A stretch of DNA of 64,000 nt from Vicugna vicugna (taxonomy: Eukaryota), in NCBI GenBank assembly GCA_013265495.1, contig MU057801.1, positions 1,419,879 through 1,483,878 on the forward strand, read 5' to 3'. The notes beneath the pieces were generated by a model that did not search any database, was not told where the DNA came from, and saw only the letters and a list, made by a program, of their open reading frames with translations. How positions within the stretch are numbered: the first letter of the stretch is position 1; each line of letters begins with the position of its first letter. Shown here one piece after another: positions 13,631 to 26,739 of the stretch. A program made the translations under genes and the position numbers.

Positions 13631-14444
13631 AGACCTGCTCTGCTTTATGAAAGGAAGTGTCTTATGAGAACCTTCTCGGGGCTTCATTATTTATTACCTG
13701 TGGGTTACTTGTGGCAAACTCCAAACTGCTACGGGCCAAGGGGCACATGCAGGGCTGGCGACGTAACTCATGGCACCTGGAGCAAGAAAAAACGTGGGGC
13801 CCCCAAGGCGGGTGGGAAGTCCATGTCCCCTTCCCACTGCCAGCGGACGGGCGAACCCCGAGTGACTACAGCGTCCTGGACGCAGGGTTTTGACACGCTC
13901 AGGAAGGCGTTCGGGGCGCTCACTCGGAGAGGCAGGCTTTGGGGAGACAGAGACACGCTGTTAACGTCTTTAGCTGCCTCGGCACCTCAGGAGGCGACTC
14001 CGTGGGTGACGTCCTGAAGTTGTCCTATAAAACAGGCAGGGAGATGCCCAGACCTGACACAGGGGAAGTTTGTGCCGCACAGAAGGAAGTCACAGATGGC
14101 CTGCGGCCAGCCTGCGGACGACGGGGATGCTCTGCGGGTTGTCAGGGGGCACGGGTTCTGGTTTCCCACTTCTGAGCCAAAGGCCGGCCAGGGAGTGGCG
14201 GGTGTTTTGAAGGGCTGGAGCTGAAGGCAGGGGACTGCTCCCTTCCCGCCCGGTGCCGGGAGCGCTGGGTGGAAGCCACCTGGCAGGGGGCTGGGTGGCT
14301 CCGAGAAAGGTGCTGCCATGGGAAGCAGAGGTGGCCGGCCGGACGGCCCAGAGTCCACCCTCCTGCTGGCCTCGTGGTTCCCGCGTGGCACAGAAGGCAC
14401 CACAGTCCTCACACGCCCAAGGCAGCTGTCGCTTGTTCCAATGA

Positions 14445-14980
14445 CCTGCTGCTGCCCCGCAAACTGCCCCAGAACAGAGTGGTTTAAAACAGCAGCTGTT
14501 TTTTTACACTCGAGGATCTGGGTGGCAGGAATTCAGAAAGGCATCGGGGGATGACCGATCTCTGTTCTGCGATGTCTGAGGGCTCGGCTCGGAAGGTTCA
14601 GCTTTCCGGGGCCTGGAAGCATCTCAGGGCATCTCCGCTCTCGTGTCTGGTGCCTGCGGCGGGATGGAGCTGCTGTCCGGATGGAGCACGTGCATGTGAC
14701 GGCTCCACGTGGCTGGGCGGCCCCACAGCACGGCGGCCTCGGTGCAGGTGATGCCTAACACGGCAGCTCCTGGTTACAACAGGGAACAGAGCAGCGAAAC
14801 GCGGCGGGAGCTGCCGTGGCCATCTGTTCCCTAGGCTCCGAAGCCACGTAACCCCTCCTCAGCCATAGTCTGTTGCTCCAAGCAGCACAGAGCTGCCCAG
14901 ATTCGAGGCAGACGGACAGAGGCACCACCTCGCAACGGAGAGTGTTAAAGGATTTGCAGCTTTGTTTTAAAACTGTCACA
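14445..14980 (-). mobile_element. MaLR LTR (MLT1-like)
   Basis: aaactgccccagaacagagtggtttaaaacagc... start and cccagattcgagg...accacctc...gagtgttaaagga end, typical of a reversed MLT1. Confidence 0.6.
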
Positions 14981-16066
14981 AGAATGTAGTTAAGGCGGGG
15001 GGGGGCTTACAACATAGCATCGGCAAGTGGGAACCACAGGCGAGTGGGCAGGCTGGGGAGCCTCCAGGAGCTGGGCTGGGGCCCTGCTGTGCCCGGGGGA
15101 CGGGGTGGCGTGAGTCGGTGAGGGCGAGCACGGGGCCCTGACACCCAGCAAAGGAGGCTTCCCATGTGTCTTTCCCCACGAGGCACTTTCTGTCGTTTTT
15201 TTTACGTTCATATTCATTTTAAGACTGCTTACTAATGTCTCGTTAGTGTGCCGTAACTCCACGGGGCAGGTGTGGAGATCTGAAAACGTGGCCACAGATT
15301 TCTACCCCTCTTGCCACGTGGAGGTGGGGCCTGCGTCGTCCTCCGGGAACTCGGGGGGGCCTGTGATGCACTGACGTAGCCTGGGATCTACAGCAGGTGG
15401 AGGAAGGACATCCCGGGACCCCTGAGGCCAGGTCACGACAGGCCATCCAGTTTCCAGTTCATGCGTGGGGACCCCTGGGCCTTGAGACACACGTCGGGGG
15501 ACCAGACATGCTGAGCAGAGCGATGGGGGTGAGTGGGACGTTCGTCTCGTGGAGGCGAGAAGGGAGCTGTGGGGAGGGAAGCAAGGACGGTGGGTGGGTG
15601 GGGATGGGGGACCGGGCTTCAGAGGGGTGACGGAAAGGATCAGGGGGCCAGGCTGGGGGCAACCACAGGCCCCCAGTGCCATCAGCAGCTCCCCAAGCGC
15701 AGGAGGTGAGAATGCTGTCCAGGAAGTGTTCTTGAAGCCCCAGTGAGAACTGAGGGTCCAGCGTCCAGTGAAACATGTGAAGACTGGGCTCAAGTCCCTC
15801 ATGTCCGAAGCTGGGACACTCTGGCCAGCAAACCTGGGGTCCTGGGACGTGTCAGCGCTCAGGGGCCTGCCTGCTGTTCAGAGCCAGCATTTCGGGCAGC
15901 ACTGAGCATCCCTGCTGCAGAGGCACCCTGCTCAGCCCCCCAGCCCAGAGCCGGCGTGGGAGGATGGCGTGGTCGTGGGGGAGCTGTCCCCTGACGTCCT
16001 CGAGCCCTGGCCTTGCCCTCTGTCTCCAGGCCAGTGAGCGCACACGTGTGGCTCGTCAACATTTTT

Positions 16067-16243
16067 TTTTGAAGCTTCTTTTTGTTTTTGTATATATGTA
16101 TTTTTATTGAAGTCTAGTCACTTTACACTGTTGTGTCAATTCCTGGCGCACAGCATGTGATATTAGTTAAATGTGGAATCTAGAAAAAAAAGACAAATGA
16201 ACTTATTCGCAAAACAGAAACAGACTCACAGACACAGAAAGCA
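16067..16243 (-). mobile_element. Short 5'-inverted L1 insertion
   Basis: T-rich tail plus antisense 3' end (to about 16156) fused to a + strand piece (tgtggaatctag..acagactcacagac). Flanks are AACATTTTT and AACGTTTTT. Confidence 0.7.
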
Positions 16244-16499
16244 AACGTTTTTAAGGGGAATCTCTGTCATCCGCCCTGGAGCCAACACTCGGGGACTCCC
16301 TCCCGCAGCCTCTCCCCTGGTGGGCTCCTGCTGAAGGGGAGCTGCCTGAAGGGGGACGCACTCCCCTCTCCTGACCTTTACTGTCTTATTTTCACTGCGA
16401 CTGAATCCAGGAGGATGTGTCTGGAACGGAGTCATATGCATGAAAATGAGATTTCCTGGCAGGAGCGAGGAGGTTTGCTGACTGCCTGCCACGCGCCTC

Positions 16500-16765
16500 C
16501 GTCCTCACTTAATCCTCGCCGTGCCCTGATGAGGTGAGTACAATTACAACCTATTTTCCGGGTGAGAAAACCAAAACAGAGAGGTTGAGCATTTTGTCCA
16601 AGCTCACACAGTGGCAGACAATCATCGAATTGTATCCATTAAATACATGCAGGTGTTTTGTTTGTTTGTTTATCGGGTACACCTCCATAAAGCTGGGAGA
16701 AAAAAAACAGACAGACTTGAACCCAGGGAGTCTGGCTGTCGCTTCCATGTGCTAGTCAGACACCA
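16500..16765 (-). mobile_element. MIR interrupted by an old L1 3' tip (about 16620-16708)
   Basis: MIR core split at CAGACA...CAGACA. The insert ends in cctccataaagctg..AAAAAAA. Confidence 0.55.
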
Positions 16766-17879
16766 TCCAGCTGTGCTCAGTGTTTTAGTTTTGAGCTCAT
16801 AATTTCATTTGCTCCCTCAGAGTTCCCCCCACTCCACACCTTAATTAACTTCTCCCAGAATCTGCTTTGCGTCCTGGAGACAACCAGCACTCACAGCACA
16901 GCAGCTCAGGAGCCGCCGTCTCGCAGGGAAGCCCCATGACCCGCGTGGAGCCTGTTTCTCCAGGTACGAAATGAACTGAAAGAGAGTATTCCAGAGCATC
17001 ACCGTGGCCAGAGATGCCCGCTTCTCACGAGCGCTTCCTGAGAGAAGGGACGTCCTGATGAGGCTGTGGCGACTCGGCTACGCATTTGTCAGAACTCATA
17101 CAGCAGCACACCAAGAAAATTAAATTTCAACAGAAGTTAAGTTAAAACCATTAAAATATTTAAATAAGAGGGTGTATTTGTACCAGTAATTCAGAAGGAG
17201 ACAAGGAGTGTTCAGAGTTGCCTTAGAAGAGTCAGACTAGAAGATACAATGACTGTTCTTTTCAAAAAAAAAAAAAGAATGTATTTGTATCTTTGAGAGC
17301 CTTGGAGGAGCCTCACCTGCCAAAGGCGTGGGGCCCGCCGAGCACGTCGAACAGCTTTCGTCCCCGCCCCGCCCTCCACGTCGAACACTATCAGAGGAAA
17401 AATCGAGAAGGAATAGAACTGGGGTTTGATTGGCAACTTCATGGAGCTGCTTGGAATTCAGCTGGGAGAGCATTAGCCTTTCTTCCGATGATCGTCTCCT
17501 GGCCTCCTGTGGTTTGGTTCCAAAGGAAATAACCTTGACGGTACAGCCACGTGCCTCCAAGTCTTGAGAAGCTGCATGAAAAAGAGACACGTGTGTCCGT
17601 GGCTGTGATGGTGAAGCCCGTGGACGTGGCGTTCACAGGGCGTGGGGTGTGGAATCTGGCCACACCGCCTGCTGTCAGGCGAGTAAGAGAAATCAGATGA
17701 GAAGGAGCAACTGCTAATTACACACAGACACACGGACAGCATCAAAAGGTGTGAAGGCAAGCAAGTCGTTTGTAATCCCCATACTTAGAAATGAGCCCTT
17801 TAACTCTTTAACAAAATAGAACCAAGTTAAACATATTTTAATAATTTATTATAAATACCACTTAATGTTGTCCTCTTTT

Positions 17880-18700
17880 TTCCTGTTTTTTAGCAAAAAT
17901 TTTCAAATGTACAAAGTTGAGATAGACACTGAACACCATCTCCATCAGCGCTCTACAGTTAACTTTTTGCTACATTTGTATTATTAAATATCTGTTCACT
18001 TTTCCATCACTCTATCCACCCATTAATCTTTTTTTTCCCCCACAGATTCCAAGTAAGTTGAAGATGCTTGTACCTTCCTTCACCTCTAAACTCTTCAGCA
18101 CACATCTGACTGGAGCTCAATATTTGTTTCTAAGTCTGTGTTTAAGGAAAATTTACATAGAGTGAAATGCACAAATCTTGAGTGAACTGTTCCAAGAGTT
18201 TTGGCAAATGCATACACTTGTGTGTTACAAGCCCCTGTCAAGGTGTAGGGTGTCACCATCAACCTACAAAGGTCTCTTGTGTATGGTAAACCCCCCACCC
18301 CCAAGACAGTGTTGTTTTGATTTTCTCACCACACGTTCGTTTTCTGGTGTCATTTTTACTGGCTGCATAGTATTCCATGGTCTGGATGCACAAAATGCAA
18401 GTGGTTTCCTAGAGACGCTTAGCCACCAAGGTGGTCACCACTCTTTCACTGTGTGGCGCTTCCCCACATGGGCATCCTGGTGGCTAACCCACTGGCCACC
18501 TATACTTAATTTGGGGGTGGGGGTGCAGTTGTTGTAAGAGAATTTCCTGGGTCAGAGAGGAAGCCCATTTTTAAAACCTTCAGACATGCTGTCTAGTTGC
18601 TCTCCCCAGGGCTGCACCAGTTTGCCTCCCGTCAGCAATGCTGGTGTGCCTCCCCCACCCACGGCCACAGCGGGTTTGGGCCCTGGCTCCATCCCAGCCA
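17880..18700 (-). mobile_element. Old L1 (L1ME/L1MC-like) fragments
   Basis: aaatttacatagagtgaaatgcacaaatcttgagtg, ggctgcatagtattccatgg and tgcaccagtttgcctcccgtcagcaatg. Confidence 0.6.
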
Positions 18701-19599
18701 CCCAGCGACCACTTATGTTCAGCGGCTCACCGAGGCTGAGGCTGCCTTGCTGCTGGGTGGGCAGTCCATTCCCGTGGATCGCAAACATTTCCAAAATGCA
18801 CCACTGAACAGGGAAAAGGAGTGATGTGGTTTGCTCTTACAGTCCGTGTGAAATAATGTCCCCTCTGGACCTCTTCACGGCACAACAGAAGAATGGGCTG
18901 GTTTATGGTGCACGCTTATGGGGAGGAGAAAGGAAACAAGATTTATTTATTGAGAATGAAAGAAATACTGAATTTTCAAGAGCTCTAGGTCACCCAGATG
19001 GAGTAGATACAGCCATACCACCACCATGAGACAGAGGCTCCTTTTAACCTCATTGAAATGCCCTCCACTTGTTTATTTTTCAAGACTTTGAGCTTCACTC
19101 TTAAAAAAATCCTGTGTTCTGTCAGAAGACTAGGTCTATGATGATGATTTTAAAACCCAGTGAGCTGCACATTCCTCCCGGCTAGCGCCCCCTGCCCCCG
19201 TGGCCGCCGCGTGGCTCCCATTTTGCAGATGAGGGTGGCGGGGCTGGGCTGTCGATGATCTGTTCAGGCACCGCTTGCTTGGGAGCGAGTGGCAGGAGTG
19301 AGGCTGGAAGGCTGGGTCCCTTCACCCGGCTGACGCCCCCGCCCCAGAACGTGTAGATTAAAATACAACTGATCCTGACGGAGGCTTCCCCCAGTTCCAG
19401 ACCACTGCTGCCCCCTGCAGCGCCGGCTTTGAAGGGGGCCACCTCCGCGGGGCAGGAAATTGTCAGGGATGTCAGAGAATCCGGCCCAGCTTCGAGAGAC
19501 GCCAAGGTGAAGACATTTCTGCGTTATAATAATTTCTGCTTTCAACCCGCCCCGGACACCCTAAGTAGCCCACCCACCGAATGCACACGGGATGACCCC

Positions 19600-20400
19600 C
19601 ATCTGCCCTGCAGATGAGACCACGGGGAGGTGGGGAGAGTCGGCTGCGGCCTCTCTCCTTGCCTTGGGAGCTGCGATGTGCCCGCAGGCCCCTCGGGCGG
19701 GTGCCGGGCTGCTCTGCGCCCACATGCTCCTCCAGGACCTGCGCTGGGGGGCTCCCCGGCTGCAACGTCCCTGAAGTGCCCCCAGGCAGCTGGCGGGACC
19801 TCTGGCTACTCCGCCTGCCCCTTCCCTCTTCCTCACTCTCAGACCCACGTCTGCTGCAGACACTCCATCTTCTGCCGCTTCTCCCAGGCCAGACTCCCGG
19901 CCACGCCCTTTGAAGCGGCGGTGCCTGGGCCGGGAGGGTGTGAACGCCGGGCTCCCCGCGCTGAGCGTCCCGGCTCCCCGGGCAGCGGCAGCCTCTCGGC
20001 CAGCTCGCCGGCTCGGCCGCCGTGGGGTCCCACCGCTCATCGCTCCCGCGCGCCTCCACGTGCCCCTGCCGCAGGCAGCGCGGTCTCTCGGCGCTCGGCT
20101 GGGCGGCCGCATTTGGAAGTGATTTGGGACTCGAGCAAACGCTGCAGCCTTGTGTTCTCCTCTTTCTGGCCACCCACTTTCTGAGCCGGGGAAGTGTGAT
20201 CCGGCCCAGCTGAGGCGAAGCCACACGTTCTGAGGTTGAGGAAGGTGGCGGCCGACGTGCTGGGGTGGGTGGGGGCGACATCTCTGCACCCCCCCCCCAG
20301 CTCCCGGGCGCTGCCCGATGGCGGAGGCAGGGGTCCTCGCCAGCTCTCTCCCTGCTGTCTGCCTGCCTGGCCCGGCGTCCTTCTTGGTCTTTCTGACAGT
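19600..20400. promoter_or_regulatory. Orphan CpG island
   Basis: GC/CpG-rich with no credible CDS. Confidence 0.6.
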
Positions 20401-22784
20401 CCTGGATTTCAGGCGCAGATCTGATTCAGCCTCATCCTAGAGGCCAGGGCCCTTTCCCGCCTCTTCGCACGACCTCAGGTGTCCCTTTGCAGGTGCGAAG
20501 GCTCCTCACACCATTGAGGTCCTTCGCGATTCTCTTCCCTTCACCACGGTCCCCGGTCTCCGTTCTTCTCAAATCCAGCAGTCATGCGTTTCAGCTGCAC
20601 GTCACCAACTGCACGTCAAAGGCTGAGGTGAGGAACGACTTTCCCTAATGATGCAGAAAAACCCTATTTCTCACAAAGTTTTTCTCCCCGACTTGGTTTT
20701 CATATGACCCTTGTTTGCTAGAAAGACCGAGCCTTGCAGCCGGTCCTGCTCCCCGACTCTGCTCCCCCTGTGGTGCTGCCCCCCTTCTGCTCCCTGTGCC
20801 CCCCCCCGCCCCTTGGTGGGCTGTGCCAACCGTGCAGCAGGAAAAATTTCTGGAACGAGGCCAAATATGGCTTCAGATCATTTCTTTCCGACACACACTG
20901 GCCTCTGAAAACCTGATTCTGTTTGTCATTTGGTTTGCTCTCCCAGTGCTGTGTCATTCCGATGGGAATGCTGATGAATTTCAAGCTTGCCTCGTAGAGT
21001 AACGCACGAGGTTTTCATAAGCACATTAATCTTAAAAGAAAAACTGTCAGATGCAAACAATACTCGTATGACTGATGTTGTAAAGACACCAGCTAACTCT
21101 TACCATCCATTCTCCAAGAAAATGACCTTACGGGGGCCTTATGCAGCCTTCAGCTCCCTTCCAACATAGGTACCTGTGTTGCTGGGTTTGGGGGCACCTG
21201 AAAGCTCACTTTCCCCCCCAAAAGGCTGGGGATTCATGGCCTGTCTGCTCATGTGCCAAGTCCAAATAGAGGCTCGGTTACGAGGCCGTGTAAAGAAGAC
21301 CATGATTACAAGAAATATGTAATTTCATTAGTTTTCACAAAATGTAATATAAGCAGTCCTTATTCAAACCAAATTGGAAAATCATTCTACCCCGAGGAAA
21401 GGGCCTCTGGTCTCCCTGAAATGCCAAGCGTGCGTCGGCAGATGAGACATGCTGCCCAGAGCCCACCCCCCCACCCCACTGCGGATGCGCTCCGAGCTCA
21501 CCAGCACGTCTGTGGAAGGCATTTTCCCGTTTTGCCCCGAAGTTAGCAAAGTGTGTGGTATGAGTTAAGCTCCTGATAGGGCCGTAAACGTCATTTGGAA
21601 GGGCGCCAGGCCACAATCAAGAGGGAGCTGGTAGCTTGTTTTAATTAAATGGTGTTGAAGTGTTCCACTGTAATTAAGCATCTCAAAATTAAATGGAAAC
21701 AGTCATTAGGCTCAGCGATACAAAGCCACCAGACCAAAGAATATAAATTATTTCAAATCGAGGCTCCTCCACCGCAGAGCACGAGGGGGTCTGGGGGCCG
21801 TCCGGGCTGGAGCAGGGGCTCTGAGAATTAATGACCACAGACAGCTGACTGAGGGCGCTGTGACCCCACCCCAGTCCTCCAAGGTTGGTGACCCTTGAGC
21901 CAGAGCTGGGGCCATGCCAGCTGGACCCACATGAGGACAGAGGAGGCCCTGATTCCCTCACCTTCCCTGACAGCCCTCATTCAGCCCCGGGCCGCCCCCT
22001 CCCTGCGTAGCCCTGCCCCACAGCACGGGGGGCCACTCAGGGGTCCAGAGTCCCCACCACCTGAGAGCAGACACATGCAGGCCTTTCCTGTTACCCCCTC
22101 GCCCAGCTCTCCTGGAGGTGGAAGGTCTCAGGGGTGGTGCGGCCAGGCAAGATGACCACGTGTCCTTCAGATCGCTCTCCAAAGCTTTGGAAAATCCTGT
22201 GGACACTTCCTAGGGCTAAAGAATTTTCACAAGGCAACTTACCACTTTGTAGACCCACGGCCGAACCGTCGTATTTAGCGGGCAAGGCAGATCTTGCTAC
22301 GCTTCTTCTGTGAACAAGCCGGCTGAGACTCTGAGACACTCAAGACGTTCCCTGGGACACACAGCTGGTCAGTGGCCGAGCTGGCGGGATAACTGAGGCC
22401 TTCGGATTCCCAGTTCAGTGGGTTTTATAAGACGGTAAATTGACTCCTGGTCGTGCACAGAGGACAGCTTATGGTGCCTCCCTTGGTGGCTTTTTTGTTT
22501 GCCACCAGGTCGCCTATTTCACAATGAATGTTCATTTATCCACAAGCCTGAGAAACAAAGATGGTAATGAGTTTAGATCTTCAGCTAAACTAAAAAGAGG
22601 ATGAAAACAAAGGGCCCTCTCTTGAGAAAATCCACAAAGACATGATTTCACAATCAATTTTAGGGGTTGGGGACCTGTGGCCCATGGGACTTGGAACCTC
22701 CAGTTAAAAAGTAATGGATGGATAATTGAAGCCTTCGAATGACCCCAAGTCTTCACTTTGTGACTCACCTTCAAGAGTCTCCAC

Positions 22785-22900
22785 AGAGTCGGTTACAACG
22801 TGCCAGTTTCAGGTGCACAGCATCACGTCACAGTCCTGCACATACAGACATACATTCGTTTTCATCTTCTTTTTCATTAGAGGTTATTACCAAATATTTT
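22785..22900 (-). mobile_element. Lineage-specific L1 3' fragment
   Basis: Aligns by eye with the copies at 3480 and 62780. Confidence 0.75.
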
Positions 22901-25469
22901 TGAAACTAGACTTAGCCAAATTTCCCAACTCCTCCCACCAGCCGCCTCCTGGTGGGGGCGCTGGTGAGCAGCCAACCCTGCCTTGGGTGGGAAGCCAGAG
23001 GGTGGGCAGGAGACCCTCAGGGCCTGGGCCACCTGTTGTCCAGAAATCAGTTCTGGGAGTTTGCGGGCGGGCTGCGTCTCAGATCTCAGAGACGGTGTGA
23101 CAGCTCCTGAGCTGACTGGTGTCTGCGCCCGGTACTTCCACCTCCCACACGGTGAGCCACGCATGCTGGAGATGGATGCCAGGTTCAGATCCACTTCCTG
23201 GCTTGTGTGCAGGGCACATGGTCCTCTCTGTGTGGCAGAGCCCTCCTCTGCACACTTGGGGTGATGTGATCTCAAGGTTCATCCTCCAGGGGCGGGTGGG
23301 AGACTCAGCGAGATTCACGCCCAGCGCTCTGAACAACGCCTGGCGGACGGAGGGCGCCGGCAGCTTCAGCCCTCGCCGTCACGGCCAGGAGGAGCACGTC
23401 CGTTCCTGGCCCTGTGGTCCCGGAGCGTGACCATTGCTTTAGCAGCCGGGGGGAGGCTGACCTCGAGGGTCCCTCGTCAGCTGTGGTCCTTGTGGGGGCT
23501 GCTAACATCCAAGCTGATGTCTCCTCCAGGTTAGTTGCAGACACGCCCCCAAATCCGGTCAAATAAAGAACAGCTCATTAACAAAGGGCCTGTTATCTCT
23601 GGAAGCAGCCACCGGTCTCCCTGTGGCCCCTGCAGGGGTTTGCTCACGCTGTGTCTGCATCCCCGGCGTTGCAGGGCAGCCCGGGCGAGGGCGGGGCCCC
23701 TGGTTATGACTCCCCAGCTCGGAAGTTCAGCCCCGGTCGAAGCAGCTTCTGTTTCTAAGCCTTGATGGAACGTGCCCTCTGAGCAAGTGTTTTCTTTTTT
23801 TGACTTACAAGCACCTCATCTTCATGTTTTATTTGTTATTTTCTTTTTAACGCAGGAAGGCTTTCAGAGCTCCAGGTTGGCTCTCACGCGCTGAACTGTG
23901 AGTGCGGTGCGAGGCAGGCTGCTCCGAGCCGGGAATAGCCCGCACCTTTTTTTTCACTGCTCCAGAGACTGTGGGAGCCTCATTCGTCACTGGGCGCGGC
24001 TGATGCCCTGGCTGGGGCCGCCGCTTTGGCAGCGGGAGCTCTTGTCTGGGGCAGCTCTGGGATGGGGCTGGGGATGATCGAAGACAGTTTGCACGCAAGC
24101 TGGTCCCACTGGGGTGGGGGGACCCAGACCTCCGCGCACTGCCCGAGAGCCAGCTGTCCCATGTGGCTCAGGAGGATGGACACCTGCACACGTCTCCGGG
24201 GCGCATGTGCAGGTGGAGCCAAGGCCAAGGACGAGTTCCAGGGCTGATGACGTTGGCGGGTGTGGTGCAAGGTGCCATCACTGTATCTGAGGCCCTCGCC
24301 ACGCTCTGGTTTCTGCCTGATGACATGGGGATCTCTCTGCTGTCCACAATGACCCACAGACATCTGTGGTCCTAGAGATGAGGAGCACGTGTGATATTTA
24401 TTTCCTGACGGCTGATGTCCCACTGCAGGGAAAAAACTACCCCGAGGTCAAGCCGTTCTATGCAAGACCATTACCAGCAGAGGGTAATGTCAGGCTTTCT
24501 CGAAAATTCGAAATACCTACTTTATTTTATCATTAAGTTTCTGTATCAATAAATAGGAAGGTCACAAAGGGACGATGAAAGAAATAATCCAGCAATGCTC
24601 TCTGGTATAATTATCTCAGCTGAACGTCAGCATTTGGGGAAATTATGACGTGTTGGACAGTCCTGCCTCTGAAGAGGAAGCAGGCCAGTTCTTTAAGAAA
24701 GTCAGCCGGGGAGAGGGTCTAGGAAATCCCCCCCAGGGACGCCATGTGGAGAATACAGCTGGACGAGGTTTTCAGGTCCCCTTGGTGACTTGGTAATCAA
24801 GTCAAGGCAGAGAAGTGTGCTTCAGGTTCCACGCGCTTAGCCCCCACACTTAGGCCTACGTGTTGTACAGGAGCAGGAACTGTAGATCCGTAAGTTACAG
24901 GTGAGCAAGAAGTGGACACTGAGGAAAGGAACAGAATGGGTGGCTTTGGCCACTCTTTGGAGAGCCATCAAAGTTCCACCGTGTTTGGGACCAAAACAAT
25001 AAGAAGTCTTAAGAATGGTTTAAAGCTGGCCACGTTTGGTTTTTATTTTCCTGTGCCCCAGACCCCCGGGGGGGGCTGACTCTCGCTACCACCGTCTCCC
25101 CGGTTCCTGCCACAGGGAGGAGGCTGAGTGTGGGATGGCTCGGTGACAACGTCCGCAGTGAAAACCTGAGGATGCCAACTCTCACCAAACTACTGTCATC
25201 TTACCAGATTCATGTGATGACTCAGTTTACCGAGAGGCAGCCTTCAGACTGAGGGACGTTTGGAAGCCAAGCTAAGCTCCTGCGCTCGTGTGACTCCAGG
25301 CTCAGGAAACTCAGCGATCGCCTCCTGGGAATGCTCGCCTCAAGCTCCAGTACAAAGTGTAGGACCTGCTCCCTGACCTCGGGCGGCTTTGAACCCAGCG
25401 GGTGTGGGCGAGAGGTGGGCGGGGACGCGCCAGCCTGTCAGCTGGGCTGCGTCACAGCCACTCCCAGCT

Positions 25470-25890
25470 GCCACTTAGTATGTGTAGTTAAGAGATGAGA
25501 AGTTTTGAAAAAACGAAACCACGACACCATTATACACCTAAACGGTAAACAGTAACTTCTTAATATCTAATATTTTGCCAGCGTTCACACTTCCACAGTT
25601 GATCAGTCCATGAGTTTTCTCAGTTTTGGCTAGCGATGCGAGCCAAACAAGGTCAGCCGTTTCCCCGGCTCATCCAGCTCTCAGGTTTCTCTTCTTATTT
25701 TCACTTTATTTTAATCTATTATGTGCCCTCCCCCTTTTCCTCCTCGCCATTTGTTTATTGACTAAATTGAGGCGCTGTTTTGTGGAAGTTCCCACATTTT
25801 AGACTGGGTTAGTTGCATCCCCATGAGGTCATTTAAACAACCCTTATCTTTTATGCCCTGTAAGCTGGTGGTTGGTTAGATGTCGAGTTT
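25470..25890 (-). mobile_element. Old L1 (L1ME-like) 3' fragment
   Basis: accattatacacctaa..aacagtaacttcttaatatctaatatt and ggaagttcccacattttagactgg..tgcatcccca motifs. Confidence 0.45.
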
Positions 25891-26739
25891 TCATGGGATC
25901 CGAGTCCGCCCCTTGGGCGCGGGGCTGCCTCCTGCGTCACCCGGAGGTTCACGGCTCTGGCTGCTCCCCTTCTGTGAGGGGAAGGCTGGTCTCTGGCTTC
26001 AGGTGTTGCCAGTCTTATTAATAGACAGGTTTTCATTAGAGCCATGAAAGGCTTCAGGACAAGTTTTGAACTCTAACGTGTTCCAGGAATAGCTAAGAGA
26101 CCAGCACCAAGAGCAGAGCCCTCATAGCAGGACGGAAGGCGGGATGGACCCAGAAATGCGGGTGGTGCTGCCTGTGAGCGCCCCGCACTGTGAGCACCAG
26201 GAGAGTGGAGAGCAGTGTCTGGGGCAACGCGGTAGCACGATGGGTGACATTATTGCTGTTGGTAGTTTGCACCACTTCACTCCGCTACCTCCTTACCTCC
26301 CTGAAACGGCCTGGGAATCCGGGGAGATGGAGGACACCCCTTCCCTGCAGGACACCCCTTGGGCAGAATGACCTGGTTGGCCAAAAGGGGGACCTTCTCT
26401 TTTTTCGGTGACATCGAGCTGGGCCACTTGCGGAGGTGACAGATGGGTTTAGGGCCCAGGTGCTGCAGAGCAGGAGTGGAGGATCACTGGAGGCTTTAGA
26501 TTGGGGAACAGTGCAGTCAAGAGGTGTTTTAGCGTGAGTCTCTGGTGGTCTCTCACATGGGGGGTCGGGTGCACTGGCAGGGCTGGACGCTAACAGTGCA
26601 GAAGAAAAGGCCTCAGTCACCATCAAGCTAGGAACCGGCGGGGTTTTTGTGAGTGGTTCCTGTACCAGGTGACCTTCCGGAGAAAGACAGACCCACCCCT
26701 CCCACCACGAACTCAGGGTAAGGCCAGTGGATCACATAT

